A DNA stretch of 64,000 bases from Vicugna vicugna (taxonomy: Eukaryota): assembly GCA_013265495.1 (NCBI GenBank), contig MU058000.1:2604001-2668000 (forward strand). The letters are read 5' to 3'. Both the position numbers and the translations under genes were made by a program. This document shows, in pieces, positions 53,931 to 64,000 of the stretch; the first letter of the stretch is position 1, and each line of letters opens with the position of its first letter. The notes under the pieces were generated by a model. The model did not search any database. It saw nothing but the letters and a program-made list of their open reading frames with translations, and was not told the DNA's origin.

Positions 53931-54319
53931 GCATTTCATGTAGAGAGTCAAATTTACAATTCTTATTTATAAACATGTAGGCTTCTTTTATTTTATCAAT
54001 TTTGAAAGGCACAGAAAATTGCATTTTACGAAAACAACACTTCAAAAGGAAATAAAGAGACTACAATTTAGAGCAAAATTACCCCAAATCCCTAATAGTT
54101 CTTCAAAATTTTTAGCACTTTCTATTTCAACAATAATAATATCCTGACAGACTTTGGTCCCACAGAAGTGATTAAAAGGGAGTCCTGCCTGCAAGGAGCT
54201 TGTGATCTAGTGGGAGAGAGACGAACAAAAGCCAAGGGAAATTAATCTTTAATATGGCAATGACTCTAATAAAAGTGTATTGCAATATTGCAGTTCTGAG
54301 GAAGAACACATGAGCATAT

Positions 54320-54542
54320 GCTTTTGTGTGTAACCCATGCACATCCTCCTGTACACTTTAAATCATCTCAAGATTACTTGCAATACCTAATACAATGTAA
54401 ATGCTACATGGATAGTTGCCAGTGTGTGGCAAGTTTAAATTTTGCTTTTTGGAATTTTCTGGATTTCTATTTCCTGAATATTTTCTGTCCACGTTTAGTG
54501 AACTTTGTGGTTGTGGAATCTGCAGGTTTGGAGAGCCAACTG
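54320..54542 (+). mobile_element. MER2B-like Tigger element, 5'-truncated
   Basis: gcacatcctcctgtacactttaaatcatctc...aatacctaatacaatgtaaatgcta...gagagccaactg followed by TA at 54543-54544. Confidence 0.85.
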
Positions 54543-55374
54543 TAGTCTCAACATGTTTTCAGTTGGACTCCAGATGGGAGCGTCCCTTTCTAAAGATGAG
54601 GTCAAAGGAAGAAAATGTGTGTGCCTTCTCAGTGTCCCTAGTGACGATGCCCCAGAAAAAGGACAAAAGTGTGAAAGGAGGATAAAAGGAACAGCCCCAC
54701 GGAAGGTACTTTAAAGTAATTAATTATGACCCTAATGAAAACATATATGGAGGATGGAGTATCAAGGAATAAGAAGAGGGAGACAGACAGAGAACTGCTC
54801 CTTAAAGAGCTTTTCTTCTCCTTATTTGCAGTCCAGTTATGAGGTCCCCAGCATGTGGGTTAACACCATCTCCAGGATACAGGTATCTTGATTCACCATC
54901 CACATGTACATGCACAGAACCTAAACCCAGTTCAGAAGCTCTAAGTCATTTAGACAACAGGCAACCTAAAGCATGGCACTCAAAGATAGTAGTCTTAGCT
55001 TCTCAACCTTGGTTACTGGCCAAATTAGGATGTGTGTGGCTCATTAGCAGGGTTTCAGAAGTGACCTTAAAAAATATGTTCCTTCTTATCCTGGCAAAAC
55101 ACAAACAAAATAGACACGTGAATGCTTGTGGTGAGGGGAAAAATTAAAAGCAAACAAACAAAAATTCTTCTAGAAGAGAAGCACTTCCAAAATACTTAGT
55201 ATCCTGGCAGGACTTGAACAGATGAATCCACATGTTTAAATCAACACCTTAAAAAACTATCAGCAGAAGGATGCATTTCCTTGGGAGTCCAATGGGCTGA
55301 AAGTTTAGTTGAATGAATAGAGAAGCAAGTCTAATGGAAGTGCTCAGTTCATCTTAAATTTTTTCATACTACGA

Positions 55375-55700
55375 ATACACCAGCTCCCTCATAAAGGGTT
55401 CCATTAGTCTATAAAACAAAGTCAAGACTCTTTATTTTAGCATCATCTAAATCCTGACAGTCTCCCCAGACTCTATGTTCTTTATTTCCCCATACTCACA
55501 CAATGCATTTCTGCTATGGTGATATCCTTGAAATTCCCAAATCAGCTGTACTTTGTCATATTTCTACATGTTTAAATAGGCCCTTTACTTTACCAAGAAT
55601 GACCACTGCATCAAAGATTATACATTCCAACACCTTCACACTGCCTACCATAACGGAAAATTTCCATAAACGTTTGTGAAATGTAAAAAGTGAAAGAATA
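55375..55700 (+). mobile_element. L2 fragment
   Basis: cagctccctcataaagggttccattagtctataaaacaaagtcaagactc...ccataaacgtttgtgaaatg. Confidence 0.5.
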
Positions 55701-56069
55701 TTAGATTGTATTTGTGAATTTATAGGCATTGTTCAAGGTTATGGAAAGATGCAAAATTTAAATACTCCCTGAACTTGCAACGATGATTACCTCCTCCACC
55801 ATCCTGAATCTCCATCAGACACAGCTCATTTATTCTCACCGGGCACCTAATAAGAGAGTTGTTCAGGACATGAGAGCCTGAGGTGGAATTCCTTAGTTCT
55901 TGATAACAGTTTTGAGACCCTGAGAGTTTACATCTGGAGTGAAGTGAAAGCATGTTGTTTTTCCGACCCTGGAATTTGAAAATGCCAAGTTCTCATTCTC
56001 CATTCCAATTATCTATTTTCGTTGTCTATTCTGATATCACTGCTGATTTGTAAAAATGTCTTGAGTATA

Positions 56070-56540
56070 ACAATACTAATATGATGCAGTTATTAGAAGT
56101 TTACAGTTTGCCAGGTACTGGTGTATACTGACTGCCTCATTTAATAGTTTCAAAAATGCCATCAATTGGATTCCAATAGACGGACGCTTTATAGATGACA
56201 AACTTAAGGCAAGAGATTTAAGATGTATTGCCAAAGGGCACACAGATGATAACAGATGGAGCCAGGATTTTAAAACATGAAGAGCCCAGAGTCCTTGCTC
56301 TTAGTTTCTATACTATCGTGTTTCCACGTTTCTACCATATTGACATATATTTCCCACTGTGTTCTAGGCTCAACGCTCAGTACTTTGTATTAACATTATC
56401 TCATTTGAAACATACTAGAATTTTATTTTCTATATAGATGTCAAAAACATAACCCAGATAGATTAGGACCCTTGTCCTAAGTTGTGAAATTGAGTAGGCA
56501 ATTGTCAAAACTCAATTCCAAATCCATTTACTCTAATTTA
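56070..56540 (-). mobile_element. Two adjacent MIR fragments
   Basis: gtttgccaggtactg...ctcatttaat...tttatagatgacaaacttaaggc...ttgccaaagggcacacag...ggagccaggattt; second copy from about 56360. Confidence 0.7.
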
Positions 56541-57239
56541 GAAAAAATAAATAATTATTATGGTTTGGAAGAAGGAGTATGTTATTTCATAAATGCTTTT
56601 CAGTGTGACAATATTGTGGGAGCACAAAAATAATTTTTTAAAAAGTGTGAAGAGTCATGGGGTTGATAGCAGTTCCTCCAAGAAGCTGTGATGATAGACA
56701 GAGACCTGGATGGTTTCTATGCGTTTCTCTGTCCTTAGGTGAAAAGGATCAGGGCTTTGCCAAAAAGTTACGTGCAGAGACAGCTATGGACCTAGAATGC
56801 GTCCAACCATTTATAAGGCAGTGTTGCAGGAAAGCCCACACATGGCCCTCTCCTCCAGTGAGTCCTTGAACTTAGCACACAAAAGCTGTCTGCTCTCTTC
56901 CTTCTCGCCCCATTTATATTTTCCCTTTGCATAGACTGTGCTTATTTAAATGTATGCCAACACAGGATTATGGCTCAAAACAGCACTCAGTTAGTGGCAC
57001 TGCCAGTTTAACAACCCAGATTGTCTAGTTCTTTCTGTTCATTGAATGCCAATATATGCAGTTTCATTTTTATCATTTTATTCTCAGGACCCAGGGCGAA
57101 ACCACCGTTCCTATAGATAAGAATTCACAGTCAGACAGAAGAAAGGGAACTGAAAAGAGGTACACTATACAAATAAGTTTAATACTGTGGATATGAAACA
57201 CTTTCTGAGCCCGTGAGAGCTAATTCATAATTTAGTCCA

Positions 57240-58900
57240 AGGGAGTCAAGAAAGACTTTGTGGGCTGGCGTTTCCGCCAGGGCCCTCCTGGAGCTTTAGG
57301 GCAGGACACCCGTTCCTGGGGACTGTGGATACTTAGCTTTTAAGAAACAATTTTCCTTACAATTGTTTCATTTTAAACTTAATGCAACTTTATTGTTTTC
57401 TTTAAATACATGTTTAATTTAGGATATAAAAGTATCTAAACCCTAGAGTAAAACTAAAAGACAAAGGGAGAAGCACCTTGTCATAAACGAAGTCCAGTTT
57501 GAAAATCGGAGCACGAGTAGAAGGCTGCGCCCGGGCGAGGGTGGGAGGTCTGCGTGCGGGAGGATGCCCAGATACACATGACTCAGGGTGTGCAACGTTT
57601 TCGAGTCTAGAAAGCTCAGAGGGCTGCATGTTCGGTGGAAGTCGAGAGATCGGAAAGGTCGGAGTACGGGACAAGCAGGAGGTGAATTCTACTAGCAGGG
57701 GGAGGTGTTACTGGCTTTCGGGGAATTAAATCAAATAATAATAATTTACAATTTATACCTGGAGATGTTATCAGCCATGTTTAACTCTAAGGTCTCCCTA
57801 GGTAGCTCTCGCAGCAGGTTGCCCTCCCGTGTTTGGGATAACTTTTGTTATTGGGAAAGGAAAGGGAGAGCGAAGCTCTAAGGTCTTGTGCTAAAGTCAT
57901 CCTCAGTTTCCACTCTATTAATTCATCAGGCCGTAGAAAAGCAGAAAGTGATGCCTGAAATTCTGTTTGCAAAATATTACTCTCTAAATATTGCGGGAAC
58001 ATGAAACACGAAGATTTTTTATGAGAGGAACTTTATTATTAATATTACTATTGTTTTACCATTTTAATTACACTTTTTAATTTATTATTACAGCATTTTT
58101 CTAAAAGAAAGTTGATCTGACATTCTCCACTTGAAACCAATTTTCGTTTTCTCTTGGGTCGTTAAAATGTTCTCTGTCGTGGAAAAGACAAAGTGTTTCA
58201 CACAGAAAAACGCTACCCTTTTGCTTTATGTGTTGAGTTAAACTCCTGCTTTCACCCTTCCCTGAGAAGCAAACACCACGTCCTCACACACACGTACGCT
58301 TCAGGGCTTCAGCTCATTCTGCTCATTTAAAGTCATCGCACTTACGTATCGCAAGCTGGAGTTGCTCCTGGCGATGTAATAATGCCTTACCTCGCTATCA
58401 TAATCATAAAGCAGTTACTAAATATTTTTTTACATGGCAGCATCTGTCTTCGGATAACTATTATGCGGGGTGTTATTATAATTCTCTGTTTGTACCATTG
58501 TAGCTTGGAGATGTATAGGACGTCTATCGGCTGAGCAATTAAATGAAATATTATAAACAGGAGAGCCTATCAGCAAAGCGTGACTGCTTCCTTGCTGAAT
58601 TCGAGGTCAGCAGAGAAGCACCTGCAGCCCGGAGCTCTCCAGGAAAGAACACATTTTATGTAAAATAATGGCAGCTTGCTTCCTTTATGAAGTCTGTATT
58701 CACTTCCTCTGTTATTAGAAGGTGATAATAGGGCAGGCGATCCAGGAAGGTTTGACTGCGTTAGAAGACAAGGAAGGATGTGGAAATATCCGCTCTGCAG
58801 CTCACATTCAGAGAGTCTGCTGATCGAATAGAAGGCTAACCAAAGCTGGCATTTAGATCATGACTTTCATCCGAAGATCTCAGCCTACGCAGAAATCATT
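57240..58900. promoter_or_regulatory. CpG-retaining block, candidate enhancer or weak promoter
   Basis: About 16 CpG in 57481-57720 by my count against a strongly CpG-depleted background; AP-1 motif 57579 and PU.1/ETS motif 58701. Confidence 0.4.
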
Positions 58901-59998
58901 TCTCCCTTTTCTATAATATGATCATCATCACTGGGGTAGGAACCAATTACCTCTAAAAGCCCAGTCACCTAACCAAATACCCTTATATCCTCATCTATAC
59001 AACATTACATAGGAGTTATAATATAATGAACAAGTTGGGACTGTTCCAAGATCTGAGGTTACTTTCCAGTCTTATTCTTTATAAGACTGGTACGGGCTAA
59101 ATGATTTGGAGACCTATTCTCACGTCCTAACTAATTATGGTCCAGGACTGGTCATTAGAGTCACAGACATAACAAATTTATCATGGAAAGATATTAGCAA
59201 GTGTCTATCCACATTTCCTTGAGATGAGCTAAGACTTATTGTCTTAGCCTGGTCCAAATAAATTTCTCCCCCTCTGAGTTCTTATAGCATTTACAACAAA
59301 CACTTTCTTGCTTCTTTAGGCATTGTCACAAGCTTTATTTATTTTAATCTCCTGTTAAGAATAAAACTCTTTGAGAATAAAAATTGAAATAAAAGATTGC
59401 ATCCCCTCCACTTTGCAATTACCGGAGTTTAGAGTTTAGTAGGTTTTCAGCTGATAATCACCGATTAATAAATTGCATGCTCTGAGGAAGAGTTCTGTAC
59501 CAGATGGCTTTCTCCTTCCTTTGAAATTTATTATTCTATTTATGCCTCTCAAGGCACAGCAAATGTGGATTATTTCAAGAAAGAATGTGTTTCCGTGGAA
59601 GTGAGGCTTCAGATTAAATTATGTCTGTGGGCTCCTTGAACTTAAGACTTTAGGATAATCATGATTTGCCCCATACCGTAGTGGCTTTATGACTGGGCAA
59701 GCAAACTTTAATTCAAAGGACCTCTAGACCAAAGCCATTCATTTTAGGAATGGAGCCAAATGTACTTGTAAAATCAAGAATATGTAAAGTTAAATAGAGA
59801 GTCATCTATGGCATAAGTATATGATTTCTCTGTTGTCACTTTGCTGTCATGGAATTGAACGTAATCTTCATCACACAGATAGGACCCTGACTTTCACAGC
59901 CAGGCTGTAATTAAAGGCAGAGGGGAGGAATGGGAGAGGCGGTGACTCACTAGTAGCAATTGTTAAATTTGAAACAAACTAATCCTGCCACCTTTGGT

Positions 59999-60051
59999 AA
60001 AACAACAACAAAACAACAACAACAACAACAAAACGAACAAAAAAACAAAAC
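59999..60051. repeat. (CAA)n / A-rich simple repeat
   Basis: Direct read. Confidence 0.85.
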
Positions 60052-60779
60052 CTGGTCTGAAAAGAAGAGTAAGTACTTCCTAAATTATTTGAGTCTGTAC
60101 CATAATTAATATACAACACTACTGATTTAATTAAACTAAGTTGCCACCATACCAGGGAAAGCCCAAAGTTAATTAACACCATAGCCTTAAGCATCTCAAA
60201 GACACTGAGAAAGTAATTTGGTGGTAAGATGTGTGTTTTTCTATTGTAATTTCAAAGACCTTAACTACATGAGCAATTTCTTATTAATAGTAGTTTTTTT
60301 TCCCTCCCCCAATGTGTTCTTCTCTTATGGAGCTCCATGAAGTTAGGTATTAAAGCTATATTACCTATGCTGAGTGGGGTCAATCCTGCAAATATACCTG
60401 TTTAATACAAACTGAGAGCTCCTTGGAGAATTGGCAGAACCCTTGGGATTCAACATCCCTGGGGACAAAAAAGAATCCTCTGCCCACTTTCCTCCTTTTT
60501 ATCTTCAACGTTTATTGAGCGCCTACTAAGTGAAAGGCAGCGCTAAGAACACAAAACCCATGTGTGCGGTCCAGGAGTTACCTGCCACTTTTCTTCATTC
60601 TCCCACATCCAAGAAATCATCACTAATTCCTCATTCTGTCTCTTAAAGTCCCTCATAACAGGCACAAGTAGAGAAAAAGCCTTCAGAACCGACTGTGTTA
60701 AAACCACGGTCTTTCTCTGCCTCGGAAACTCCATTCACTGTAACTGCTTCTATTGGATTCTAACCAGCCACCCCTTAGA

Positions 60780-61350
60780 CCCTGAGCTTAATTCTCCGCA
60801 CAGTGTTCAGGGATATTTTTTTTTAAAAACACCAATCTTTCCATATGACCCCTCCCCTTAGCTTAATCTCTCTAATGACTTCCTGTTGTATATCAAATAC
60901 AGTCCAAATCCCTTACATGACAACCGAGAGTCCTGCTTATAGGTGAGAATGAATCTGCCACACACCCAGGCTTGCCGATGACACGGCTGCAGAGCTAACT
61001 GCAACAGCTAACGCCTGGCTTCTCTGTGCCGGTCTCGCTGTGTTCTCTCAGCCTGGGTTGCCCTCTCCCCCCACTTCACCACACTGAGCCGTCTTACCCA
61101 GTATTGGCCAGCCTCAAACCTCAGCCTACTTTGAGTCTCTTGGGCTGAGTCCCATGTACTTTTTGAAAACCCATAATATGATACTCGTACCCTTGACCAT
61201 ACTCTGACACAAAGTACATACTTGTGTATGGTGTGTCTGCCTCACTCACTTGTAGGCTCTTTTAAAAGAAGAGTGATGTGATTATTTTTATATCTGTAAT
61301 GTCTACTGCATTCCTAGTTTATCACATAGTTTTAAGAAATGCATTGTCTA
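60780..61350 (+). mobile_element. L2 fragment
   Basis: ctctaatgacttcctgttgtatatcaaatacagtccaaatcccttacatg...tgtctgcctcactcacttgtaggctc. Confidence 0.6.
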
Positions 61351-61394
61351 CATACTTAAGAGGAAGTAATCTCTTTGAGATATATAATAAGAAG

Positions 61395-61605
61395 AACCTG
61401 TCATGGTATACTGTCTAAATGCTAGGCAATTTGCATGTATTATTTCACATAATTTTCCAAGTCATCATGAAATATTTATCTTACATGACACCTAGGAAAT
61501 TAAAGCTGAGAAGGTTTCAGGGAGTTAACCATGTGCTTTAGAGTGGAAGTTTGAACTCAGGGGATAAGTGGTTCCAGAGTTAATGCTCTTAATCCCTATC
61601 CTATA
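61395..61605 (-). mobile_element. MIR SINE
   Basis: tgctaggcaatttgcatgtattatttcacataat...ggaaattaaagctgagaaggtt...tttgaactcagg...atgctcttaatccctat. Confidence 0.7.
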
Positions 61606-62471
61606 GAAAGCAATGGCCTGGTCAATATAGCCTGCAAGTCTGGACTGTCCTTGGCATGATGCACAGAAATACAGTTAATATTCAAAGGACCAAAGCAACA
61701 CTATGATCTGGAGGCCCAGGTGAAATTTCATGAGAATTGAGTCTAATTTTCTCTTCTGGATTTAGATTTTCTCTCACTTCCCCCAATTGGCTCCTTCTAT
61801 CTCTCCCCCTGCAGTGTTAACTCACACTTTTATAGCTCCACTGTGGGCATTCTCATAAACAGCAGACCTTCAAGTGTTTTCTTTTCACATCTCTGCGTTG
61901 AAACTCTGAGACTAGAAATGACTTGATCTTCAAAGATGCTGAAAATTTTGAGGACCTGACCCTCACTCTGAGAGTATGCATTATCTTTCAGAGAAAATTA
62001 ACCTGATAAACATATGTTCTCATAAAATCAATAGCTGACATATCACATCTTATGGTGACCTGTCAAAAAGGAAGAGCTACCATAAATCCAAGCATCTGTG
62101 AAATGTAAATTTAGAGGGCATTAAAGCCTGTATAGTAATACAAAGCAGAGTCTAGTCAGAGTATATGGAAGATGGGAAGGATTTATGCACTAACTATAAA
62201 CTTGAATACACTAAAAGTAAAGCATCAGATTAAAGTATCTTTTCCCCTCTACTTTTTTTTATTGTCTGCTACATTTTCTAAAGAAAAGCAAAAGACAATG
62301 AACTGTGATTGTTTAGAGATTGAAATGGTTCTTCAAATCTTGGCTACCATTGGAGAATAAAAGGGAAAAATGTCTTTTTTCTTCCCTCAGGATCCAAGAT
62401 CCAGAAAAACATTAGCTCCCTTCTTCTGCCTGCCAAGACTCAATGTCCTTCCTCCCCGTTAGAATCTACAG

Positions 62472-62509
62472 AAACAAACAAACAAACAAACAAACAAACA
62501 AAAACAAAC
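62472..62509. repeat. (AAAC)n microsatellite
   Basis: Direct read. Confidence 0.9.
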
Positions 62510-62589
62510 TTACAATTGTCTGTCTCTTGGTGTTAATAGTTAAATATTTTATCACGGAGATGAGCATCTACATTTCTGGGCTACTTGTC

Positions 62590-63150
62590 CCCAGAGTCCA
62601 GCTTCTCCATACACATCATTCTAACAAAAGTGCTTTCAAATTCAGTGGTGCCTTGTTGTCAAATCCAATGTTCAGTTATTTATTTTCATACTGAAATTCT
62701 ACACTCTCACATATTGTGGGCCAATTTATTTTTCCCCAGTATCCCTGTATTTTTGATGATTTCCTTTCTGATTTCTTCCTGTGAATCTGTTCCTCAGCTT
62801 GCTCCTAAATGTCAGAATTCCTCAGGTTTCTTTTCTCAGCCCTTTAATCATTCTATGCATTTCCTTTGGATGATGTCACCCAAGTGTATGCCTTCTAGCA
62901 CCAGCTGTGTTATCACCTGTGTGAGTGTTTATGACCCTAAGATCTATTCCCATCCCTAACTCTTCTCTTGAACTGCAGATACACATGCCTCCTGGCTGTT
63001 GTCAGTCAAATGCTCTGTAGATGTTTCCAACTCAGTGTCACCAGAGTCTAACATAAGATCTCATCCCCCAGCTCCTTCTCACCCTCCTGTATTCCCTGGC
63101 CCAGTAAGTGACTCATCCCTCTCCAGCCTTTCAAAGAAAGCTGTCTGGAA
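62590..63150 (+). mobile_element. L2 ORF2-region fragment
   Basis: aaatccaatgttcagtt...ttcctcagg...ctcttctcttgaactgcagatacacat...ctcctgtattccct. Confidence 0.65.
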
Positions 63151-64000
63151 CTTATATGTCACAAACTTTATGTTGAAGTTCCCCAACATTTGGCGCTCTC
63201 TCAGAAAAGCAGAACCAAGCTGTGTTCTGGGTCAACACTGGAGACGTGCAAGAGGCACAAAGTTCTCTGATAAAAGACACAGCTGCTCAAAACTTCCTGG
63301 GATTTGGCCTTGATGTAGAGGCTGCCAAGATCAACTTGGCAGCCCTTCTGCCCAAATGACCTCAAGTGAGGTACAAAGGAGCCGCCTAACAATAAAAATT
63401 CTTGCCAAGTCAAGAGATGTTTACTTTTCAAGGCAAATGCGAGGATGTCCTTAGAGTTCAGAGTTGCATTTCTCCAGGGCATCTGGGTACATTTAACTGG
63501 AAGTCTTTAGCAACCTGAACACCATAGAGACAGAAAGATTGACAAAGAAGGGAAGGCAGAATTGACTCATCATTCCCTAGAAAGTCTGCCTGTATAGCTG
63601 GCACCATGGGGAGTTCTTGCATACCTCTTGGAATGTGTTCCAAGGCTTAGAGATGAGATTTCCTGAATCTAACATGCCAGATGCCTAAAAACTATCTTAT
63701 CAGAATTTAAAGGCCTCTTCTTTAAGAAGGTAATAAGGTAAGAGGAGCAAGCGACTCTGAACTTGAGGGCTCATTTCAAGATGGTTCCCTTTCCTGTGGC
63801 CTTGCCCTTTCTGACACACCTGCCCTGACAGCTCCATGGCCCCTGCCATGCAGGAGCCATGCTGGGGGCTGACAATATGCTTTCCTTCTGCTTAGTTCTG
63901 GGGATTGAAAGGAAGGCAGCAGGTACACAGAATAAAGAGAGTTTTCTAGAATCCCAGACTTACTTGTTTGTTTTCCTATTTAGAAAGAAGTTCTAGAAAC

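Noticed and set aside
54832..54882. 51-nt cassette exon (polypyrimidine tract plus AG at 54830-54831; SSYEVPSMWVNTISRIQ)
   Set aside because: The donor (CAG/GTATCT) is weak, a competing AG lies a few bases downstream, and I recognise no peptide or partner exons. RNA-seq junction reads would be needed.
6080..63570. Window-wide enrichment of AP-1 sites
   Set aside because: I noted roughly a dozen TGA(C/G)TCA in 64 kb, close to chance for a 7-mer in AT-rich DNA. Only clustered cases were kept.
1..64000. The short ORFs in the six-frame track as host genes
   Set aside because: All are 130 aa or less, many start at non-ATG codons, and the recognisable ones are L1 ORF1/ORF2 remnants or antisense reads of repeats. 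None resembles a cellular protein I know.

Overview
AT-rich, CpG-depleted placental-mammal genomic DNA, intergenic or deep intronic. I found no protein-coding exon, RNA gene or prokaryotic-type system that I can support. A tRNA-Ala-derived SINE with target-site duplications (21162-21310) resembles the camelid Vic-1-type SINE, and a cetartiodactyl-type L1 3' UTR is present, so the source is probably a camelid (inference). Much of the window is decayed transposable elements. These include a near-full-length old L1 (L1MC1-like, ~12.5-20.75 kb) carrying a nested MER2B and a nested younger L1, a minus-strand L1MC/MD element with a twin-priming-type 5' inversion, solo LTRs (ERV1, MER21, MER67/31-like, LTR16, LTR33, MLT1), an ERV-L gag remnant, and many MIR, L2 and L1ME fragments. 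Every ORF in the track that I recognise is L1-derived; the rest look like chance or antisense ORFs. The best leads are candidate enhancers (an AP-1/IRF/RFX/NF-kB cluster at 40.6-41.0 kb and a CpG-retaining block at 57.2-58.9 kb) and several DNA-repair or retrotransposition scars. Repeat family names come from my recall of consensus sequences, and boundaries are approximate unless a TSD is given. I did not find a convincing new biological system.
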